DNA of 64,000 nucleotides from an uncultured virus (IMG/VR IMGVR_UViG_3300025732_000038) (Duplodnaviria > Heunggongvirae > Uroviricota > Caudoviricetes): IMG/VR virus record IMGVR_UViG_3300025732_000038; one strand, given 5' to 3'. The notes below the pieces were generated by a model that saw only the letters and a program-made list of their open reading frames with translations, ran no database searches and was not told the DNA's origin. The translations under genes were made by a program, and so were the position numbers. Below are positions 16,218 through 25,900 of the stretch, one piece after another (position 1 is the first letter of the stretch; every line of letters begins with the position of its first letter).

Positions 16218-17106
16218 GCAACTCCTTGAGGATTACATCTCCCTCTTCCGTGGGCGTGGCGACTGCTATGGCGCATGGGAAGGTGGTTGTGTGCGAGAGG
16301 AACTCACTAGGCAGCACTTCCGTGAGCACCTGACTACCGGCCCACACATCGGGGTGTACCCATGTGTCCCGTACAAGGGGCAGACGATGTGCGTATGGGG
16401 TTGTAGCGACATTGACTACGACAGCCCAGAGGACGCATGGCTGCTTGCTGATGCGTTCTCCGTTGTGGAAGTCAAGTCGTGGGTAGAAAAGACCCGCCGT
16501 GGTTATCACGTCTGGGTCTTCACCCCTCAACTCATTGAGGCCAAGTACATGCGCAGAATGTTCTTGGCCGCACATGATGTCGTTCAACTCCCACCCAAGG
16601 AAGTCAACCCCAAGCAGGAGTCGTTAGCCACGAGCCAAGTCGGCAACTACGTGCGCCTGCCCTATCCCAATGTCGGTTCAGGCCAGCGAGTCATGGTGGA
16701 CAAGTCGGGCAACGAGATTCAGTTTGACCGCTTCCTGTGGGAAGCAAGAGAGAACCTCACGCCCAGCGACCGCATCACCAAACTCGCTTCCATGTACCGC
16801 CCACCACAAGCAGAAGTACGCCAATACTCTGAACCGTCAGGTGACTTGCGCAATGCCGTTAGCCGCCTCACAACCACAGGTCGTGCTATCTTTAGGGATG
16901 GCCCACTTGAGGGACGGGACAGGTCAACGACACTCATCCGCCTAGCGTATGAATGTCGTGATTCTAACCTCAATCCAAACGACGCACGTCAAATACTGGA
17001 GGACGCTGATTTACGATGGGGAAAGTTCCTAGCAAGAGGACAAGCGGGTCAACGAGAACTGGAAAAGTTGTTGGCGCGAGCATACGGTCACACGCAGTCT
17101 ACATAG
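16207..17106 (+). CDS. AEP-family primase / primase-polymerase
   Basis: SDID, GYHVW, GNYVRLPY; C-terminal DRSTTL helical domain. Confidence 0.8.
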   Translation: MLTEQLLEDYISLFRGRGDCYGAWEGGCVREELTRQHFREHLTTGPHIGVYPCVPYKGQTMCVWGCSDIDYDSPEDAWLLADAFSVVEVKSWVEKTRRGYHVWVFTPQLIEAKYMRRMFLAAHDVVQLPPKEVNPKQESLATSQVGNYVRLPYPNVGSGQRVMVDKSGNEIQFDRFLWEARENLTPSDRITKLASMYRPPQAEVRQYSEPSGDLRNAVSRLTTTGRAIFRDGPLEGRDRSTTLIRLAYECRDSNLNPNDARQILEDADLRWGKFLARGQAGQRELEKLLARAYGHTQST

Positions 17107-17429
17107 AGGGCCGACCTCACCCGAAGGAAAGGCCACGGCTCGCCTCTAGAGGTGGCAAGACAATCGCATACACCCCTGCGAAAACGATGAACGCCGAAAA
17201 GATTATCGCTGCCGCATGGGATGGCCCCATGTTTGAAGGCGAAGTCGCCGTTCACATCGTGGTGGACACGGAAGGCACGGCAGTTATTGTTGAGCGCGTT
17301 GACGTTGATGTCAAAACCAAATTGCGTGGCGACATCGACAACTACGTCAAAACAATTCTTGACGGGCTGAACGGCGTGGCATGGAAAGACGATAGCCAAG
17401 TCGTCAAAGTGACTGCGATAAAAGCATGA
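17016..17429 (+). CDS. rusA: RusA-like Holliday junction resolvase
   Basis: GDIDNYVKTILDGLNGVAWKDDSQV; start uncertain. Confidence 0.88.
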   Translation: MGKVPSKRTSGSTRTGKVVGASIRSHAVYIEGRPHPKERPRLASRGGKTIAYTPAKTMNAEKIIAAAWDGPMFEGEVAVHIVVDTEGTAVIVERVDVDVKTKLRGDIDNYVKTILDGLNGVAWKDDSQVVKVTAIKA

Positions 17430-17752
17430 GCGAAGACATCGGTGTCCGACTGCTAAACTTCACCCCGTTGAATGACACTGATTTAGCGAGACTCATGCTC
17501 GATGCCGCCGACGAGATTGTGCGCCTACGGCATGAACTCGGTATGGCACACGCTGACCTCGCCATGTTTATCGACCGTACTGCCGCCGACGAGATTGAAC
17601 GGCTACGAAACAGCCTAGCCCGATGGCGCATGATTGCCGAAAAACTAGCCAACGAAGTTGATGCCCAAATATTGGATAGAGGACTTGAACTTTACTACGA
17701 AGAGGTGAACAATGAACAGCGCCTACGACATACGCCAACCCAACTGGGATAA
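17426..17752 (+). CDS. Hypothetical protein (absent from copy 2)
   Basis: ATGA overlap; duplicated AADEIxRLR motif. Confidence 0.65.
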   Translation: MSEDIGVRLLNFTPLNDTDLARLMLDAADEIVRLRHELGMAHADLAMFIDRTAADEIERLRNSLARWRMIAEKLANEVDAQILDRGLELYYEEVNNEQRLRHTPTQLG

Positions 17753-18149
17753 AGACCTGAAGCACGGGCAGGACGGAGAGGAAATCATCCTCAGATTCCT
17801 AACCGACATTTCTTCAGGTCATCTTGAAGTCAAGACAGACCGCTACCGCAATGGTCGCATGGTCGTGGAAGTTGAACAGAACCCACGCAACCGCGGATGG
17901 AAGCCATCGGGTCTGATGGTGACGGAAGCCAAGTGGTGGGTGTACCAATACAATCTTGACGGGGCGTTCACCATTGTGTCCGTCGCCAGATTGAAGCGGT
18001 ACATTACCTTGAACGCTTCCAAGATGGAGATGAAGTTGTTCGGAACCAAGGGCGATAACGTCGCCCGTGGCTATCTCCTCATGCCAGAGGATGTCACCGA
18101 CCTGCTCATCAACCCCGACTACGACGAGGTGGATGATGGGGTCATTTGA
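17712..18149 (+). CDS. Putative restriction-endonuclease-fold protein
   Basis: GEE...EVKTD...GRMVVE...KPSGL...AKWW. Confidence 0.55.
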   Translation: MNSAYDIRQPNWDKDLKHGQDGEEIILRFLTDISSGHLEVKTDRYRNGRMVVEVEQNPRNRGWKPSGLMVTEAKWWVYQYNLDGAFTIVSVARLKRYITLNASKMEMKLFGTKGDNVARGYLLMPEDVTDLLINPDYDEVDDGVI

Positions 18150-18906
18150 CATGGACAACTTCGCTTCGTTGCCGGCATCCGAATCTGAGTGGATGCTACA
18201 ATGGGGCGATGTCCCATACGACACAGGCAAAGACCATGTGTATGCGGTACAGGAAGCAATTGAAAACCTTGACCCGCAATCACGCTTCTGCGTTGAAGCC
18301 ATCTTCTACGAAGGCATCTCATACAGCACACTGGGGCAACGCCTTGGTGTATCCAAGCCACACGCTTGGCGACTTGCCCGTAAAGCAATGGCCAAACTGG
18401 AACGACAACTACTCACCAACCACTCCATCAACTTGAGGTATCAGATGTTTGACAACTGGGAAGACGCAGCCAATGCCACGGTAACAGAATGGGATGGCAC
18501 GTCAGGTTCGCAAGCAGCACACCGGCCACACATCGAGTTCTATCGCACTCGCCTTGCCAAGGCGGTGCGCGAACAGGAAGAAACACCACGCCTGCTCATC
18601 ATTGACCTCGCATACATGGCAGTCAACGAACTGCGTTTCCGCAATCAATGGAACGCCGAAGAGATGCTAGCCCTACTCGTGCGCAAGCAACGAGATTACG
18701 GGCACAGCAACATCTTGGAGTTCGGCCATGTCGGTCTCATGATTCGACTGTGTGATAAACTGGCACGACTGGCGACGCTTCTTGAAAGCGGAGCCGAACC
18801 ATCCAACGAGTCACTCATCGACACATGGATGGACATTGTTGGATACTCCGTTATCTCAGAAATGCTCTTCATGAACACGTTCGTTCTCAACCTCAAGGAG
18901 GAATAA
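18136..18906 (+). CDS. Sigma-70 region-4-like HTH fused to a DUF1599/Nmad1-like domain
   Basis: AIENLDP...YEGISYSTLGQRLGVSKPHAWR; KQRDYG...IRLCDKLARL...ESLIDTWMDIVGY. Confidence 0.75.
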   Translation: MGSFDMDNFASLPASESEWMLQWGDVPYDTGKDHVYAVQEAIENLDPQSRFCVEAIFYEGISYSTLGQRLGVSKPHAWRLARKAMAKLERQLLTNHSINLRYQMFDNWEDAANATVTEWDGTSGSQAAHRPHIEFYRTRLAKAVREQEETPRLLIIDLAYMAVNELRFRNQWNAEEMLALLVRKQRDYGHSNILEFGHVGLMIRLCDKLARLATLLESGAEPSNESLIDTWMDIVGYSVISEMLFMNTFVLNLKEE

Positions 18907-18911
18907 TCATT

Positions 18912-19106
18912 ATGTTTGTCAACGAAAGATTGACCCACATAGAAATGGAAGCACTCTTGATTGCCCTGACTCTCTATGTCGTTGGCGACAACGACAAGGC
19001 AATCGACCAGATTGCCGAGATGTCGGAAGTTATCGCCACGAGAATGGAGGAAGAAAGCAATGCCAAAGGCAATGGGGAAAACGGAACTCAAGAAGTTGCT
19101 GACTGA
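18912..19106 (+). CDS. Hypothetical protein
   Basis: AAGGAGG SD; homolog at 55705. Confidence 0.7.
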   Translation: MFVNERLTHIEMEALLIALTLYVVGDNDKAIDQIAEMSEVIATRMEEESNAKGNGENGTQEVAD

Positions 19107-19224
19107 CTTGGACAGCCTCAAAGCGACAGTTATTTCCAAAGGCATGCCTTACAACAACGTCCGCAATGTGGACGATGTAATCAACGTGGTGCTAAGGGTG
19201 ATGGGTGGTGACCGCCGTGAGTGA
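19060..19224 (+). CDS. Hypothetical protein
   Basis: LKATVISKGMPYNNVR conserved in copy 2. Confidence 0.7.
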   Translation: MPKAMGKTELKKLLTDLDSLKATVISKGMPYNNVRNVDDVINVVLRVMGGDRRE

Positions 19225-19468
19225 CCTGGAGGGTTTCGACCCAGAAGACATAGCCGATTTGGAGGCGCGAGCCAGACGAATTGAGCACGACCACGACACC
19301 TACTTTGAGTTGACGCTCGTCGTCAACGCACATGGAGCCAAAGAGTTCCTACGCAAGTATTACGAAGCCAAGGATGGTGAAGTCATGTCGTTCCTAGACA
19401 TGATGATGATTGTCCATGCGATTGCCAAATCGCTAGAGGAAGCCCTATCTCAAGAAGAGGGGTCGTGA
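19217..19468 (+). CDS. Hypothetical acidic protein
   Basis: Nearly identical protein at 56013-56264. Confidence 0.75.
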   Translation: MSDLEGFDPEDIADLEARARRIEHDHDTYFELTLVVNAHGAKEFLRKYYEAKDGEVMSFLDMMMIVHAIAKSLEEALSQEEGS

Positions 19469-19944
19469 CCTCTAGTATCAGCAAGCAGTAGTGCGAACAC
19501 GAAGTCGATGTAAGCGGCGTTATCAGCAACCTCGTTACTGATTTCCACATGGAGCCAACGCCCATAGGGGGCGCCGCTTACTGTCGGCTTCTTGTAATCC
19601 TGCCAAGCAAGACGAGTCACATTCCAACCGCGCCCATGGGGCGTCGGATAGTAGTCAACAATCAACTCAACACCGAAAGCCTCCCAGTTGCGGACAAAGA
19701 AGTCCGCCAAAGCGAGGCCATCCTCACGGTTCGTGTAACCGAAATCAATAGCCCGCCCCGTACTGTGGACGCTGGGCTTCCCCGCCTTCCCTCGCATGTC
19801 ACGCACCATGAACGAGCCAAGGTTCCGAATCTTCCCGCCATTCAGGAACAACACATAGTCAATCAACTTCTGTGTTCCAGCGCGCCTGCCCGAAGCCTGC
19901 TTATCAAATCCTGTGTAGGTGCGCTTGCCCTTCCAGAGTTTCAC
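19450..19944 (-). CDS. Endolysin-like peptidase (M15 Zn-peptidase fold)
   Basis: SVHSTGRAID and WLHVE motifs. Confidence 0.75.
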   Translation of the reverse strand: MKLWKGKRTYTGFDKQASGRRAGTQKLIDYVLFLNGGKIRNLGSFMVRDMRGKAGKPSVHSTGRAIDFGYTNREDGLALADFFVRNWEAFGVELIVDYYPTPHGRGWNVTRLAWQDYKKPTVSGAPYGRWLHVEISNEVADNAAYIDFVFALLLADTRGHDPSS

Positions 19945-22900
19945 ATCGCCTCCCTCTGCTGGCGACGCAACTCGGCGTCGCGTTGTGCTTGCGTAACCTC
20001 ACGAATCGGAATACCCAGCCATGCTAGACGCGACGACAGCGCCTGCTCCTTGCCGTAATCCGACTCGGGCAACAAGCGTTCCGCTTGACCCAACACAGGA
20101 ATCAAACTCCTAGCAGCAAAGTTGAACTTGTCAGTGACTCCCTGCTGGCCATCGGGTGTCATCTTGCTCTGACCCAAAAGATTTGCCAACATCTGTACGG
20201 CAGGTGAGAGCGGGCCGCCAACGGCCTCGCGAGCACGGGACGAGAATGGCGTGTCGTTGTACAACTTGCGTCCACCCACCAACTCAAATGGCAGGCGAAT
20301 CGCGGGGTTGACATCTGACATCAAACGCATCGGGTCAGCCAAAGCCTGAAGGTCGGAACTAACACGAGAGACGCCCACATCTGGGTTGAAGAAGAAGTCA
20401 CCACCCAATCTGACAGCGCCACCTTCACGCATCCAAATCGGAAGCGTCGGGTCTTCCTCCTCGTTGCCACCAATGTTCTTCATCACATTGTTGTAGATGT
20501 TGTAGGCGCGCGGGTTGAGCCACTGGTTGGTCAACTGCAACGGCAAGTTGCGCGACATCCAGAACCAGAACGGAATGATGGTTCGTAGAACCATGTCAGC
20601 CGAACTGACATTCTGATAGTCAAACAGGTGGCGTCGCACCCTAGCCACTGACATGTCGAAATCTCCACCCTTGACAACCGAATCCCATGCGAGCATAAAG
20701 CGAGCAGAGTTCTCGGCAACTTCGTTCGCGTTGCGGAACGTCTTGATGTACTTGTTCTCCACAAGCCAACGACGATTCGGCTTGAACAAAGCAAACGCTT
20801 CTCCAGCCTTGCCGTAACCGGAAGCATCCATAACGGAGATGGCTGTCTGAACCTTGACGCGCTTTGCTTCGCTCATACCAGCAAGCCACTTCTCAACCGA
20901 GTTTGTCTTCAACGCTTCACGCCATTCGCGGAAGATGCCCAAGCCCTCGGACATGCGGCGTGGCGAAGCGCCAGCCGCAACCAAAGCAAACGTGTTGCTG
21001 ATGGAGTTGCGCACAACGAATCCGGGCGAAGCGGTAGCGTACGCTTTGAAGAAGCCTGTGTATCCACCAAGGAACCTGTTGAGGCTACGAACAAACTCTG
21101 GTTCACGCATGCGGCTGAAGTTCTGCACCATCTGCGCAATCTCCGCTCTCGCCTGATACGAGGGCAATCCTCCATGCTTGGCAAGATTCTCCCAGCCCTT
21201 GCTAGCCTCGCGCTCAATGATGGCTCCCCATTGGGTATTCTCAATGGCATCAAACATAATCTTCGACCAGTCCTTGGCGATATCGGCATCAAGCAAGGTC
21301 TTCTGCGAAGCAAGAAGGTCGGTCTTCAGGCGCATGATTGCCGAGAAATCATCGGGACTCAAAGCAGAATACAACGTGTCATCGTATTCTTCAAGCCAGT
21401 TGAGAACTTCGGCAACACGGAAGTCTCCGCCTTCCTTGCCCTCCAACCTCTTCGTGATGGTATCCAAAGCACCGACAATGCTGTCACGTTCCTGACGCAA
21501 CGGAGCAGCAACGCTCTTGTGCCAGGATTCCAAACGCATCCGCTGTGTGCGCGCTTGGTCAAACCGCACGGAGGCACGGGTGTATTCCAGTTCCGCCTTG
21601 AGCAGACGACGCTCAGCGTCGGTTGCCTTGTACTGCGCCCAATCAATGAGTTCAGCCTGAGACTTATCCCAATCGGGGCGATACTTGTCCAACTCGGCTC
21701 GCAACTTCTCGGCGTTGTCCACCAGCATTTGACGGGTGCGCTTCAAGTCCAGGCCAGCAGCAGCGTTCTTGCCCGTCCACAATTCCTTCGCGATAGCAAA
21801 GCGTTGGCTCCAGAAGAAATCAACTTCAGCGCGAAGTTCGGCGCGACGAGCGGCGATGCTCGCCAACTCTGACGCGCGGACATAAGCAACGTCAGACGGG
21901 TTGAGGGCACTGACCTCTTCAACGATTCGTTCAATCGCCTGTGTCGGGGACAAGCCACCATTGGTCAGCGTATCGAAACGCTCAAGAGCATCCAACTGAT
22001 TCTGCGTGGCCTTCGTAAGATTCTCAAGTCGGCCACGGATTTCTTCATCAACTTCGGATAGGCGACGACGCGCACCAGCCACACCGACAACAGGCTCCTG
22101 ACGGATGACACCGCTCTCTGTGATACCGTAGGGTGCGTTGGCGTCGGAGAACACTCCCCAAGATTCCTGCGCCTTCATGCGCAGATTATTGGAATGCCGA
22201 ACAAGTTCCTCAGATGTGGACGTAACACGATTGGCCAATCCAACTTGGAATGAATTGGCATATCGGTTGACTTCGTTGATTACCTTGGAGTCTTCTGATT
22301 CCGACCACAAGCGTTGAAGCGTAGTGCGTCGGGTATCAGCAATCTTCTGAGCAGCAGTTGCGCCCCTCAGACCTTCAAGTAGTTCATCCTTCTGGATGTC
22401 GCCACGCTTGATAAGTTGCTGCAACGAATGCGCCTTTTGAAGCGCACTCTCCTGAACGCCAGGAGCCAGCGACTCAAGACGCTTATTCAACTCGGGCAAC
22501 TCGCGATTGATTACATCAATCTCGTATGACAAATCCTGAATTGCTTTCTGCAACTTGGGCTGCTTAGCAACATCGGCTGCCATCTTCGTGGCATCACGAC
22601 CCCTGCCAGTCAACGTCCACATGCGGTTCTTCAATTCCGCAAGACGCTTCTGCCGCTGCGCAATCAACCATTGCATATTGTCGTACTGTTTGGCAATATC
22701 TTGCGGGTCGACGAACAGCGAAGCGTATTCGGCGCGCGTCATGATGATGGGATTTTCTTTGATTCTGCGCTTGTACAGAACTCCACCGTACTTGTCCTGA
22801 ACACCCATTCTCACTTCGGCATCGCTGACTTGACGGTATCTGGCGTCGTTGCCGACGCCCGATTCGCGGACAAACCTCTGCTGGCCAGGCACATCTTCAG

Positions 22901-25900
22901 GAGTGAATGGGGTGTATTCATACGAATCGGGTAGGGCAGCATTCTTCGCTGTGGGGCGAACCTCTTCAAATGAATCTCGCAGATTAGATTCGTAGCCAGA
23001 AGCGGTACGCTGGAGGCTATCCGCTTCGCTACGCATCGCAAATGCCCTCTCCTTGTCGGCATCAAACTGCGCCTTCGCTTTGCGACGAGCGTCAAGGTCA
23101 CGCACATCAGCGCCCTCAATACTCGACTTATACCATCCCTTGGCATTGTTATCGATATCGTCGGCCTGCTTTCGCAGTGATGCGGCACGAGATTTCATGT
23201 CCGCAATCTGCTTCTGCATTCTTTCTACGCTCGCAGCACTCGGAGCAAAATCGGTTGGCGTATGCACCACATAGATGCGGCCCTGAACTAGGTCGCTGGG
23301 ATTCTTGACAAGTTTATAGGTATCAGGCTTTCCCACAAATTCACCAACAAAAACTTTGCCACCATACTTCTTGGCCTCATCAATAGACGAAACGAGAGCA
23401 TACTCCGCGGGCTTATTGTATGGACTGGTGCGAACGTACAACTTCTCGCCAGAAGCAAACATCTCCTTGGGGTTGCTAGCCAATTTATATTTCCATTGAC
23501 CGCCACCACTTGTAAGTTCATACACCTTTTCGCCAGCGGACATGCGCTCACGAAGCACCTTCAGTTTAGGCTTGCGAACAGGGAACTTTACGTCCTCAAC
23601 AAAATCGTATCCAGCCAAATCATTCAGCAACTCATGCAAGTCAAGACGTTCCGTTGCTGACGCATACTCGGGCGTCTGCAACATCTTCACATACTTCTGA
23701 TATGCCACACGTGCACGTTCAATTTCTTCAACGTCGATGCCAGCCAACTGCCCAGGAATATTTCCGCTTCGTGCAACCTCAAACAAATCGGCCTGCTTGC
23801 CAGACACAAGGGCGTCAGTAAGCGTCTGCGCTTGTGCCGCAGGCGCGATAGAAGCAGCAAACGCCTGCGATGCCTTATCGGCAGATTTATATTCGCCGGC
23901 AAGTTCGGCGGCAAGACGCTGATACTTTTCTGAATTGACTCTCAGGGCAGTTGAATAAAGAGAAGGCAAATCCTGCGGCGCCCCACCAGAACCAATACGA
24001 AGTTTGCGCACATCCACAAATGGGTTTGCGGCCTCATAAAGCCAACCACCGTTTCTACGCATATTGCGAAGCGAATCACCAAGACCACGAGTGACGGTGT
24101 TGACCCACTTCTTCATCTCACCAAACGAAGCATCAGAAGAAAGTTTGCCGTACCCCTTGTGTACCGTCGCCATTTCACGCAACGCCTCGGAAGCCTCAAT
24201 TCGATTGCTGGGCTTGCGACCGTAAAGCGACCTGAACCAGGGCACAATCTCGCTTTCATAAATCTTATTACGCTCCAACTCAAGAACATCAGCAGAGCGG
24301 GAAGAATTGATAATCTCCCGCGCCTGTAACTTCTCTTCAGCAGTAGCCGTAGAAGATGCGAGCACACGATTGGCCTTGGCAATCTTTCCGCTCTCACCTG
24401 TGTTCGCGGGACGTGCTCCACCAACACGAATCCAACGGTCACGCAAATCGCTGGCGTCTACACGACCACCGAAGCGCGCAATGATTTCTCCGTGGCCATC
24501 AGCGATGGCGCGAATTTCTTTCTCAAGTCGTCGTGGGTCGGTGGCGTATTCGCCAGCCGACCTATTGAGATTATCGGACAAAGAACTAAGTTTGTTCCAT
24601 ACCGCAGATATCTCATCCATCTGTCTACCAATGTTTTCGCCGTGCGTCTTGGCAACTTCGTTGACAATTCGACGGTAGTAGTCCTGTGTGGGCACCAGAC
24701 CAAACGGCTGCAATAGTTCAACAGTCTTATCGAAACGCGATGTGACTTCAGAACGGAACCAGAACTCAATAAGATTGTTCGCCAATTTCCTTTCGGCTTC
24801 ATCGGCAGCGAGACTGGTGAGGTTCTTCTTTTGACCGTTGACATCAACCAACACGGAAGAAATAGAACTACTGCCGTCATTGAACGCCGGCTTGGCATCA
24901 AGAAAGATTGAGAACTCTTCAGAGTTCAACTCTCTCTTGTACTCATCAATTTGCCCCCAGATGGTATCAAGCACATCTCTGGTTTCTGGTGCTCCACCAG
25001 TCCAGACTGCCATGTCTGGACCAGTAGTAACACGCTGGACGCGTCGCGCACTGGGTCCTTGTCCGGTGACTGGGAGTCGTCCCATTTGGGACTGACGAGC
25101 AAGGCGCCGAGTCTCGGGGTCCCCATAAACAATGTCCTCAATATACTTGATGACATCTTCCCATGGCTGGTCGTTATCAACCATGGGACCTAATTCGCCA
25201 ATGTAGTCGGCAAGAACAACTTCAAATGTTCTTTCAGTGGGAATATTAGCACCCTGCTTCAGATTCTTGGTTGCTTCAGATACTTCAAAGTTGAAAGTAT
25301 GGCGAGCCGCGCCATCCTCAACATCGTCTACAATTTTCTGCAAAGATGAAATGAACTCACCGAAGGTGAAGTTGATGGGCTGGCGCGATGTTTCGCGACC
25401 AATTACATATCCACCAAGTTGCGGGGAATAGTTGTCCGCTTGGCTCCAGGCACGGGTAACAATATCATCTTCGCCATCGTTGAGAATGCCTTCAAATGCT
25501 TTGCGTAGCGGAGCAAAACTATCATCCTGTTGAATGATGGCATCTAGCATTTCGCCAGTGAATGGTGTGGCCGCATCCACATCTTTCTCAAATACCATCT
25601 TCAGCATCTTTGTTGCTGCCGCATAGCGCGAAAGTTCAGCAACAATATCGTCCTGCACCTTGGCCGAGTTACTGGTCCATGACTGGAGGCGAAGGAAACG
25701 ATTCTTCTTCCTGCCCAACTTATTGACGGTATTGAAGAACAGTTCGGAACGCGCGGCATCAGCCATGATGCCAGCGCCCTCTTGAGAACCATCGCCAAAC
25801 AACTTCACCCAAATCTCGCGCGAATGCTGTGTGTCGCTAGAAGCAATCGATAGCGCAGCAACGCGCATTTCGTGAAGCGTTGCCTCGCCCTTGCTGGCCT

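Noticed and set aside
17016..17106. Programmed -1 frameshift fusing primase to RusA at GGAAAA(G/A)
   Set aside because: Not a proper X XXY YYZ heptamer, and an in-frame ATG with upstream GGAGG exists in both copies
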